Positions 9,256-17,293 of a stretch of DNA of 23,535 nucleotides are shown here, in pieces. The DNA lies in assembly GCA_046583315.1 (NCBI GenBank), contig JAYGCN010000024.1, positions 1-23,535 of the forward strand, in the 5' to 3' direction. The number at the start of each line of letters is the position of its first letter. Position 1 is the first letter of the stretch. A program made the translations under genes and the position numbers. The notes below the pieces were generated by a model, which did no database searches, was not told where the DNA came from, and saw nothing but the letters and a program-made list of their open reading frames with translations. Source of the DNA: Candidatus Hydrogenedentota bacterium. GTDB taxonomy: Bacteria > Hydrogenedentota > Hydrogenedentia > Hydrogenedentales > GCA-2746185.

Positions 9256-9912
9256 ATGGCTGCTCAATTGGTATTGACTGTGGGCCAGGAATGTTTTCTG
9301 ACCGCCACGAAACGCGTCATAGTGGTGGAAGTATTGGGCCTCTCAGAAGATTCCATCTGGGTGAGTTACCCCACCTCGGACATTATCAAAGACGGAACCG
9401 GGGTCGAGCTTACGTTCAAAACCGAAGACGGATTCGTCGGATTTCATGCGCACGTATCTGCGGGGCCAAAGGTGAATCAGGGCGGAATTATGCTCGAACG
9501 TTCCGAGTCAGGCCTGAACAACAGGGAGCGGCGGAACTGGCGGGTTCCCTGTAACTTTCCCGTCTCCCTGCAGGTAGTCGAACAGCCGGAGGTTCATTCT
9601 TGCCGCATGGTGGACATCACCATCGATGGATTAATGTTATACAGCAAATGGGAGTTGGAACCCGGCGCGATGGTGTCCATTCGATTTAACCTGCCCAATC
9701 GGCCAACGACGGTAGCACAATGTCGAGTGGTCTACTGCGACCCCACGCCCGACGGAGACAGCAATCGATACGGCTTACGTTTTGAGGATGTTAAGCAGGA
9801 AGGAAAAGAGTCACTGACCTGGTTTCTCTATGAACGTATTCGCGAAATTTATCCGAGACAACTCAGCGATCTCTATCCGCGTCCACCAAAGCACACGCTA
9901 ACCCGTCGTTAG
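9256..9912 (+). CDS. PilZ-domain protein (YcgR-like architecture, putative c-di-GMP receptor)
   Basis: RERRNWR (RxxxR) followed by DITIDG (a D/NxSxxG variant), then CRVVY...YGLRF. Beta-rich N-terminal half. GAGGA RBS. Confidence 0.8.
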   Translation: MAAQLVLTVGQECFLTATKRVIVVEVLGLSEDSIWVSYPTSDIIKDGTGVELTFKTEDGFVGFHAHVSAGPKVNQGGIMLERSESGLNNRERRNWRVPCNFPVSLQVVEQPEVHSCRMVDITIDGLMLYSKWELEPGAMVSIRFNLPNRPTTVAQCRVVYCDPTPDGDSNRYGLRFEDVKQEGKESLTWFLYERIREIYPRQLSDLYPRPPKHTLTRR

Positions 9913-11723
9913 GCCTCGGCGTAGAAGCCTTCAATAACTGAGTCGTAGTTTTCGAACACCACTCTGCGTTTGATTTTCATCGTTGGGGTCAATTCGCCGG
10001 ATTCAATGGTGAATTCTTCGGGAAGAATTTCGTATTTTCGAATATTTTCGTATCGCGCCAACTCGGAATTCGCCTGATTTACGCTGTCTTCGATTCTGGA
10101 TTGTATCGATTCGGTCTCCCGTATTTCGTCTACAGACATTCCAGAAAATTCGTCACTCTCACGTAACTCTTCAAGGCCTTCGGTTGAAAGGGTGATGAGT
10201 GCAGACAAAAATCGACGTCGATCGCCGATGACGACCACCTGCGATATGATCGGTTCACGCGTAATAAGAAGCTCTATGTTGGACGGCGCGACATTTTTGC
10301 CTCCTGCCGTGATGAGGAGATTCTTTTTGCGATCCGTGATGCGCAGAAATCCATCCGCATCCACTTCGCCGATGTCCCCGGTATGCAGCCAGCCGTCCTC
10401 ATCGATCGTTTCGGCTGTGGCCTCCGGTTGATTGAGGTAACCCTGAAATACGCCATCGCCGCGCACGAGAATCTCGCCATCCTCGGCAATAACGCATTCG
10501 AAACCTTTCACGACCATACCAACGGTATTCAGTTTATAGTCGCGTTTGCCGTTCATGTGGCTGATGCCGGATGATTCAGTCATGCCGTAGACTTCATAAA
10601 AGGGGATATTGATCGCGTTGAAGAAAATGACGATTTCCTGTGCAATGGGTGCCGCACCGCAAACGATCACATTGGCTTTTCCCCCCAATGCGGCCCGTAT
10701 TTTAGTCAATACCAGCGCATCGGCAATCTTGAATTTCAAGGCGATAACCACGGGTATCGATTCGTCGGCCATGCGGTATTGGGCGGCTTCATGACCGACT
10801 CCTATCGCCCAGTGAAATATTTTTTGTCGCGCGGGCGGTGCCGATTCGACGCGACCCAGAATGGCGGCGTGGGCCTTCTCGTATATTCGGGGAACACCAC
10901 CAATTAGCGTCGGACCCTTGGCCTGGGCAACCTCGGCAAAGCGAAACATATCATCCAGGAAATACGCCTTGGTACCACCAAAGAGGCGTCCGATAAACCC
11001 GACCACGTGTTCAGCCACATGACTCAACGGGAGAAACGACACCGCCGACTGATCCGGAATCGACTCAAGCCGATCATACACTGCTCGCGAACAGAACAGG
11101 CAATTGGTGTGCGAGAGCATCGCGCCTTTGGGCGGACCGGTCGTGCCACTGGTATACACCAACACCGCCGTGTCCTCGGGTTCCACCGCATCCACCAGCG
11201 CATCGTAGACGGCTGGGTCTTTCTGGGCAGCCTCGCGCCCCATTTCACACACGGCGTCGAAGGTATAGGTATCTTGAGCACCATCGGTCTCGTCGCGCCA
11301 CAGAATATAAATTTTGACCGAGGGCGTTTCATCGCGCACCGACTTGGCCTTGGCAAGGCGATCGGCTGTATCGGTTATCACCACAGTCGCCGCGGTATCG
11401 GAAATGATGTAGGCGGCTTGCTCTTCGGTACACGTTTGGTAGATACCCGCCGTGCATCCTCGATTGACCATGACACCCAGATCGGCAATCGTCCATTGCG
11501 CCATGGTATCGCCCCAGATGGCCGCCCGCGACCCGGACTCCACACCCAGCGCACGCAACCCCAGCGCGAAAGCTTTCACTTCTTCGCCATATTCATCCCA
11601 TGTTTTCGGTATCCAGTGTCCGTCGACCTCCTGTTCGTAGGCCACTTCGCTTCCGGATTCAGCGATGCGACGGCGGAAGAGATCGCTGACCGTTTTGGCA
11701 TCCGTAATATATTCGGTAATCAT
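9909..11723 (-). CDS. Long-chain fatty acid--CoA ligase (AMP-dependent synthetase, FadD-like)
   Basis: YTSGTTGPPKG, FLPLSHVAE, YGMTE, GWLHTGDIG and ITDRKKNLLITAGGKNVAP. Start placed at ATG11723 (MITEY...) on the basis of the promoter position. Confidence 0.92.
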   Translation of the reverse strand: MITEYITDAKTVSDLFRRRIAESGSEVAYEQEVDGHWIPKTWDEYGEEVKAFALGLRALGVESGSRAAIWGDTMAQWTIADLGVMVNRGCTAGIYQTCTEEQAAYIISDTAATVVITDTADRLAKAKSVRDETPSVKIYILWRDETDGAQDTYTFDAVCEMGREAAQKDPAVYDALVDAVEPEDTAVLVYTSGTTGPPKGAMLSHTNCLFCSRAVYDRLESIPDQSAVSFLPLSHVAEHVVGFIGRLFGGTKAYFLDDMFRFAEVAQAKGPTLIGGVPRIYEKAHAAILGRVESAPPARQKIFHWAIGVGHEAAQYRMADESIPVVIALKFKIADALVLTKIRAALGGKANVIVCGAAPIAQEIVIFFNAINIPFYEVYGMTESSGISHMNGKRDYKLNTVGMVVKGFECVIAEDGEILVRGDGVFQGYLNQPEATAETIDEDGWLHTGDIGEVDADGFLRITDRKKNLLITAGGKNVAPSNIELLITREPIISQVVVIGDRRRFLSALITLSTEGLEELRESDEFSGMSVDEIRETESIQSRIEDSVNQANSELARYENIRKYEILPEEFTIESGELTPTMKIKRRVVFENYDSVIEGFYAEA

Positions 11724-11731
11724 AGGGAGCA

Positions 11732-11760
11732 AGTGTACACTGCCAAATGGATTTGCGCAA
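11732..11760 (-). promoter_or_regulatory. Sigma-70 promoter for the acyl-CoA ligase (nearly leaderless)
   Basis: Minus strand reads TTGCGC, 17 bp, TACACT, 8 nt, ATG. No SD. Confidence 0.6.
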
Positions 11761-11794
11761 GCCAGACAAAATCGGGAATCGAGTACCAAACCGT

Positions 11795-13621
11795 TTAATC
11801 CAGTACGATATTGCCCTGAATCGTCTGCAGAAGCACGCGATGGGTGGCCCCATTGAGTCGTCCCTGAAAGGTTTGAGTGCGTTTTTCAAGACTTCCCGTC
11901 ACCGTAAATGAGCTGTACACGGTTCCGTTTTCCGCATTCAACATTAGCAGCACGTCCGATGTCGGCGGAATGACCATGTTGATATTTCCGTTCGTCGTCA
12001 TTACATCGATGTCGGCGAACACGCCCTCCAAAGCTACGATTCGAACATCCCCATCGGTATTTCGTACGTAAGCGGATGCGCCCGGAGATTCCATCACGAT
12101 TCTCCCACGATGGCCTTCGAGTTTAAGCACACCCTTTGAATTCTGCGTGCGAATCGTTCCCTCCTCTACCGTAACCGTAACCGATCCCGTATTGTCACGC
12201 ACGTCTACATGCCCCGCACCGACAGCGATATCCACGGCACCCGCTGTACCAACAACATGTACGTCGCCCGACTTTTGCTCGATGCCGACGGTGCCCTCCG
12301 CGTGGTGTACGCTCGTCATTCCCGACTGATGAACCACCTTGAGGTTCGCGGCCTTTGGATAGCGAATGCGCAGATGCATTTTGTATTCGGTAATGCCCAA
12401 TGCCTGGACATCACTCTCCAACGTCGTGCGAATCCGGGTTTCTGTTCCGACATCGTCAAACGTCCACGCCAAACCTTCCAGTGCTTTACGCGCGTTGGCA
12501 ACATTGTTGACGCGCACAAATCGTGTGGCTTCAAAAAGTATCTCATTCGTCACCCCGGTCGCTTCCAGGGTCACGTCCCCCCCCATGGCATCGACCAGAA
12601 GCGATTGACCTTCGGCGAAGGGTATCGTCGCCTTCAACTCCTCCCGCACAGGCTCCGAACCCGCTAGTTGTTTCGTCGCTTTGAGTGGTTCAAGAGACTG
12701 ACTCTGAATTAAAATCGAGCCGAAGGAAGCATTGAGTTCAATGTGCTGTTGCGCGTCAGGCGATTGAATCGTTATCAGGGTCTTTTTACCCCAGCGCTGA
12801 CGGGTCACGGGAAAATCCGATTCGATATCGCCAAATTCGGTCGTCGCCAACAAAGAAGGCTTCGCGCCCGCCGCCAAGATGAGACGAATGGGTCCATTGT
12901 CGCAGGTGGCGGACACTTGCGCCGTCTCGTGAAGCTGATCCAGGTGAATTGATCCCAGATAGTTGTTGATGGTGATTGTGCCGCCGATATCAGAGAATTG
13001 TGATTGGGTACTGCGCAAGAAAAACGTGCCGCCACTGGGCAGACCACGCACCTCCAGCGGAAAGTCGCCCTTGGCACGAACGTGAACACGACCGCCAAGG
13101 TTTTGCAGTCCAATCGCGCCGTAGCTGGAGTTGATATTGACCTGTCCATTGACATTGGAGACAAAAATATCCCCAAAGCGATTCTCCGCAGCCAGCGTAA
13201 TCGTGGAAGGAACCGTGATCTGCAGTTCGACTGTATAGCCGACCGAACTGGCATCATCAACGTCCGGATAGACGGTGCGCAACTCAACACGATCGTCGAC
13301 ATGGCTGCCTTCCACAGAGATGGTCTGAGCGAATCGTTCGGCCTGCATCAGGTTTTCCGCACCCACCCGAATGACCGCTTTCATATTGATAACGGGATTG
13401 TCCCAGGTCGATACCCGTATCGCGCCGAATTGGTTCGAAACAAAAAGCTGCCCGCTTCCGGTGATCGGGTAATGATTCTCGACCTCACGGGTGAAGACCA
13501 CCATTCCTGTCAGATCGATACCCCCCATCGCCGACGTAGGGGGTTGCGCGTCAACACGGGCCAGCAAAAAAAATTGCGCCAAGACGAATATCCTGGCGCC
13601 TATAGGCATCCAACGATTCAT
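11795..13621 (-). CDS. Secreted DUF4097-like beta-strand repeat (putative adhesin) protein with two repeat domains
   Basis: Signal-peptide-like N-terminus ending ...RVDA|Q. Repeated short beta-Gly units (NQFGAIRV, NRFGDIFV, SSYGAIGL, QKSGDVHV, NTDGDVRI, TTNGNINM, TIQGNIVL). The start could instead be ATG13651. Confidence 0.75.
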   Translation of the reverse strand: MNRWMPIGARIFVLAQFFLLARVDAQPPTSAMGGIDLTGMVVFTREVENHYPITGSGQLFVSNQFGAIRVSTWDNPVINMKAVIRVGAENLMQAERFAQTISVEGSHVDDRVELRTVYPDVDDASSVGYTVELQITVPSTITLAAENRFGDIFVSNVNGQVNINSSYGAIGLQNLGGRVHVRAKGDFPLEVRGLPSGGTFFLRSTQSQFSDIGGTITINNYLGSIHLDQLHETAQVSATCDNGPIRLILAAGAKPSLLATTEFGDIESDFPVTRQRWGKKTLITIQSPDAQQHIELNASFGSILIQSQSLEPLKATKQLAGSEPVREELKATIPFAEGQSLLVDAMGGDVTLEATGVTNEILFEATRFVRVNNVANARKALEGLAWTFDDVGTETRIRTTLESDVQALGITEYKMHLRIRYPKAANLKVVHQSGMTSVHHAEGTVGIEQKSGDVHVVGTAGAVDIAVGAGHVDVRDNTGSVTVTVEEGTIRTQNSKGVLKLEGHRGRIVMESPGASAYVRNTDGDVRIVALEGVFADIDVMTTNGNINMVIPPTSDVLLMLNAENGTVYSSFTVTGSLEKRTQTFQGRLNGATHRVLLQTIQGNIVLD

Positions 13622-13628
13622 TGTGAGA

Positions 13629-14291
13629 TTAGCGGCTTTCGGTGTAGACATCCTTCAGGGTGCGGGCCTTGCGGGCGCGACTCTGATCAATCAGCACGGA
13701 TGCGCGAGTGAGTGCACGGTTACTTGCCAAGGCAAGTTCGGCCTCGGCGATATCGCTATCGTAGGCTTCAAGCGCACGATGCTGTGCACGTTCCCAATCC
13801 GATCCGGGACTGCGATGAGAGCCCTGGACGGCCGGAGCCAATAACATTTCTTCGGGGGAGGCTTTACTGGATAGGGGCAACATAAACAACTCGGCCTTGG
13901 TCACTTCGGTTACGGTCTGTTCGATAGCATCAAACGAATTCATTTTTTCGGGCTGCATCACATACGTGGGCAATACAGCAGCAAACAGGGCTAACGACGC
14001 GGCAACAGCACTGGTTTTCAGAAAGGAGGCGGTCGTGCGACGACGTCCCCTCACTTTTCGTGCAGCAAGCAGAACCGAGGACGTGAACTCGCTGGAAGGC
14101 TCGACCGAATCGAGCTGATTGATGACGCGAATATCGGCTTTCATTTCGTCCACCCGTGATTGACATTGCGCGCACCTCGCGACGTGAGAAACGACATCGG
14201 GCACCAATCGGGCAGTGAATCCAACCAATCCTTCGGCGTGATCCATTAACGCGGCTTGCGGGGGATGCTTAATTTTTCGAAATCCAATCAC
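13629..14291 (-). CDS. Putative zinc-binding anti-sigma factor (ZAS/zf-HC2-like) with one TM helix
   Basis: HxxxCxxC (HVARCAQC), a basic patch, TM segment SAVAASLALFAAVLP and a helical C-terminal domain. Lies directly downstream of an ECF sigma gene. Confidence 0.75.
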   Translation of the reverse strand: MIGFRKIKHPPQAALMDHAEGLVGFTARLVPDVVSHVARCAQCQSRVDEMKADIRVINQLDSVEPSSEFTSSVLLAARKVRGRRRTTASFLKTSAVAASLALFAAVLPTYVMQPEKMNSFDAIEQTVTEVTKAELFMLPLSSKASPEEMLLAPAVQGSHRSPGSDWERAQHRALEAYDSDIAEAELALASNRALTRASVLIDQSRARKARTLKDVYTESR

Positions 14292-14302
14292 AACCTTAAC
14301 CT

Positions 14303-14986
14303 TTATGTTACGTACTCACGAAATCTCTCCAGGTACGGCCGTAACCCCCGCTCGGCACGCACCACTCGAGATTTTGCTGTCCCAACGGGAACGCCGGTAA
14401 TTTTGGCGATCTCGTTATACGATAAATCTTGGAAACGACGCAGCACGAATGACTCGCGCTGGTGTGCTGGAAGATGTTCCAGGGCTTCATTTACTGCGCG
14501 CGACACTTCTACCTGTCTGTACTTACCCACCGTGTCCGCTTTTTCGTCGGCCACATGCTCCAGTGGATGAAAGGTGCTGCCGTCGGAATCGCAATTGCCC
14601 CAATTCCCGAACAAGCTCATCAACACAGGACGACGCTTGCGCCGCTGCCATTCTTTCGAAATCATATTGGACGCGATGGTGTACAAATAGGTCGTGAACT
14701 TTGCCGTGGGTTGATAACGGCCCGCATTTTTTATCAGAGCCAGAAATACTTCCTGTGCAATTTCTTCGGCGACCTGACGATTCTGAACCATGCGATAAAT
14801 ATAGTTCATGATCTGTTTTTGATGACGATGAACCAGCAATTCGAAGGCCTGCTCGGATCCCTTGCCGTGTTCAAGCATGAGATCTTCGCTACTCATGTCC
14901 TCCAAAGGAAGCGTGGCATTGCGCTCAAGCACACGTAAATGCGTGCCTGCCTGTGGTTTTAACTTCTTATTTGTCTCTTTACCCAT
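14303..14986 (-). CDS. ECF-family RNA polymerase sigma factor (RpoE/SigW-like)
   Basis: Region 2: AFELLVHRH, AEEIAQEVFL, FTTYLYTIASN. Region 4: LPAHQRESFVLRRFQDLSYNEIAKITGVPVGTAKSRV. Confidence 0.93.
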   Translation of the reverse strand: MGKETNKKLKPQAGTHLRVLERNATLPLEDMSSEDLMLEHGKGSEQAFELLVHRHQKQIMNYIYRMVQNRQVAEEIAQEVFLALIKNAGRYQPTAKFTTYLYTIASNMISKEWQRRKRRPVLMSLFGNWGNCDSDGSTFHPLEHVADEKADTVGKYRQVEVSRAVNEALEHLPAHQRESFVLRRFQDLSYNEIAKITGVPVGTAKSRVVRAERGLRPYLERFREYVT

Positions 14987-15052
14987 CTACCTGACACCAT
15001 ATGTTTGCGGGCTGTACTCCGCGTCCCCCGGCTAACTCCTGTAATTACAAGT

Positions 15053-15080
15053 ATATACCGAGAAATCGGTAAAAGTTTCG
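15053..15080 (-). promoter_or_regulatory. Candidate ECF-type autoregulatory promoter
   Basis: Minus strand CGAAACTTTT...CGGTATA resembles the SigW-type TGAAAC-N16-CGTA, with spacing 1 nt short. About 70 nt upstream of the sigma gene. Confidence 0.4.
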
Positions 15081-15114
15081 ATAAATTTCAATCAGTTTAC
15101 ACGGTTTGTTGTAA

Positions 15115-16155
15115 CTACTTCAATGACTTAGGGTTACGCATGTTCGCAACGGCCTCTTCATGGCTGATATATCCGTCCGTATACAGGCCCTGGATGCTAC
15201 GGTCCATCGTAATCATGCCTTCTTTCTTACCCGTCTCCAACGCGCTCTGGACTTGGTGAATCTTGCCTTCACGGATGAGATTGGCGATTGCTGTGTTGTT
15301 TTTCATCAGTTCTACGGCCACAACCCGGCCTTCCCCGTCCTGTCGCGGCAATAGACGCTGGGAAACGACGGCCAGCAATACCATTGACAGCTGGAAACGA
15401 ATTTGCTGCTGACCTTCGGCGGGAAATACATCGATAATCCGGTCGACGGACTGCACGGCATCGTTGGTATGCAAGGTTGCGAATACCAGGTGACCCGTTT
15501 CTGCTGCGCGCAATGCCGCCTGAATGGTCTCCAGGTCACGCATTTCCCCAATTTGAATCACGTCGGGATCTTGCCGCAACACGTATTTCAATGCTGTGAT
15601 AAACGAATGTGTGTCACCGCCGATTTCACGTTGATCCACGATGCTGTTCTTGTGTTCATGTACATATTCAATAGGATCCTCCACCGTGATCACGTGGCAT
15701 GCTCGGGTTTTGTTGATGATATCGATGATGGATGCCTGCGTCGTCGTCTTACCGTGACCCGTGGGACCTGTAACCAACACGAGTCCCTGCTTGGCATTGG
15801 CAAGTTCGCCCACGTATGGCGGCAGACCCAACTCGCCTAAATCGGGAATCTCGGTGGGGATCGGCCTGAATGCTCCGGCAACCGTATCTTTTTGGTAGTA
15901 GACGTTTACCCGAAAGCGATGTTTGCGCCCGACGGCGAGAGAAAAATCGAGTTCTTTATGGTCCTCGAAGGTAAGAATCTGATCCTTGGATAGCAGGTCA
16001 TAGATCATTTTCTTGGAGGCTTCGGGAGTCAAGGCATCTCCCTTGGTGCGCAGGAGTTGACCGTTGACACGCAATACCGGTGGCGCGCCAACACTCACTA
16101 TCAAGTCGGAAGCACCTTCTTTGGCCACCAGGTCGAAGAGCTGTTTCATGTTCAT
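15115..16155 (-). CDS. pilT: Type IV pilus retraction ATPase PilT
   Basis: RFRVNVY, Walker A GPTGHGKTTT, ITVEDPIEY, LRQDPDVIQIGEMRD, AETGHLVFATLHT and AIANLIRE (AIRNLIRE motif). Confidence 0.92.
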   Translation of the reverse strand: MNMKQLFDLVAKEGASDLIVSVGAPPVLRVNGQLLRTKGDALTPEASKKMIYDLLSKDQILTFEDHKELDFSLAVGRKHRFRVNVYYQKDTVAGAFRPIPTEIPDLGELGLPPYVGELANAKQGLVLVTGPTGHGKTTTQASIIDIINKTRACHVITVEDPIEYVHEHKNSIVDQREIGGDTHSFITALKYVLRQDPDVIQIGEMRDLETIQAALRAAETGHLVFATLHTNDAVQSVDRIIDVFPAEGQQQIRFQLSMVLLAVVSQRLLPRQDGEGRVVAVELMKNNTAIANLIREGKIHQVQSALETGKKEGMITMDRSIQGLYTDGYISHEEAVANMRNPKSLK

Positions 16156-16238
16156 AGCCTAGTTGTTCCTTCGCGCGTTATCGGGTTCATCCCCTCGCCC
16201 CTGCAAGCACTCTACCACAATCCGCCTTCGCTAAGCCT

Positions 16239-17132
16239 TCAATGACCGTGCGACTTTTCGATGCCGTAGATTTTCACTTCTTCTTCAAGCTGTACGCCAT
16301 GCTCGCGCAATACGGTTTCTTTGCAAAGATTGATTAGGGACAAAATATCATCGCTAGTCGCATCGCGATCGTTCACAATAAAATTCGCATGCACGTCGCT
16401 GATGGCCGCGCCGCCGTGACGGGTACCCTTCAACCCACAGGATTCGATCAGGCGACCCGAATGATCCCCTTCCGGATTTTTGAAAACGCTGCCACACGAA
16501 TGGCCTTGCGGCTGCGTTTCTTTACGCCGCGCAATGTACTTGTCGTAAATCGCCCGCTGATCCTCTTTGGTCGGCCCAAATTGAAACGTCCCGCTGACAA
16601 TCAGCCCGCGCGGTGGACAAAATGTCTGTCCTCGATAACTGTATTTTGATTTATCAATTGCGATTTCCTGAGTCCCCGAGTCCGTCGTTATTTCCACAGA
16701 CTCCATCAGCTGGCAGATTGATCCGTTCACTGTTCCCGCATTCATGAAAATGGCACCGCCGACAGTTCCCGGTATTCCCGTCAGGCCACCTGCGCCCTCG
16801 TAATTGTGCTTGAGGATCGTCTCGTTTAGCATCGTGTCCAAGATGACCCCGCCCTCGACCCGATAGCGATCATCCCCGAGTTCTTCGATTTGTGTGAGTT
16901 CGGTCGTAAACAAGACAATTCCCGGAAAGCCGGCATCCGCAATCAGCACATTCGAGCCGCCACCAAGCACCAGGCAAGGCTCATCCTGCAGGGCAAGCCA
17001 TGCGTAAGCCTCCTCCACTTCATGCAGGTTACGGGGCATTAAGGCCAGCCTGGCAGGGCCTCCCACGTTGTATAAAGAGGAAGAGGCGAGCGGATAATCG
17101 GCAACGGCGAAATCGAAGGGTAAATCGGACAT
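16239..17132 (-). CDS. murB: UDP-N-acetylenolpyruvoylglucosamine reductase
   Basis: VGGPA, LGGGSNVL, GIPGTVGGAIFMNAG, YSYR, QP..SCGSVFKNP, HANFIVN and LEEEV. Start placed at ATG17132 (MSDLP...). Confidence 0.95.
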   Translation of the reverse strand: MSDLPFDFAVADYPLASSSLYNVGGPARLALMPRNLHEVEEAYAWLALQDEPCLVLGGGSNVLIADAGFPGIVLFTTELTQIEELGDDRYRVEGGVILDTMLNETILKHNYEGAGGLTGIPGTVGGAIFMNAGTVNGSICQLMESVEITTDSGTQEIAIDKSKYSYRGQTFCPPRGLIVSGTFQFGPTKEDQRAIYDKYIARRKETQPQGHSCGSVFKNPEGDHSGRLIESCGLKGTRHGGAAISDVHANFIVNDRDATSDDILSLINLCKETVLREHGVQLEEEVKIYGIEKSHGH

Positions 17133-17138
17133 GGATAG

Positions 17139-17168
17139 AGAATACCGGAAACGCGAAACGAGTTCCAA
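17139..17168 (-). promoter_or_regulatory. Sigma-70 promoter giving a leaderless murB mRNA
   Basis: Minus strand reads TTGGAA, 18 bp, TATTCT, 6 nt, ATG. No SD. Confidence 0.55.
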
Positions 17169-17225
17169 TCCGAACCGATATGCATTTCGTATCAATTTAG
17201 AGCTATAATAATTGTAAATTTTTCA

Positions 17226-17261
17226 TGTTTCATTGCGAAACGCAGCGTTTATTGATATACT
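17226..17261 (+). promoter_or_regulatory. Sigma-70 promoter of the sigma-54 activator gene with a palindromic site over its -35
   Basis: TTGCGA (17233-17238), 17 bp, TATACT (17256-17261) with an extended TG. Inverted repeat TGTTTCA-N3-CGAAACG at 17226-17242. Confidence 0.6.
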
Positions 17262-17293
17262 ATGCATGGTTTCATTATAAAGGAGTCGAAAAA

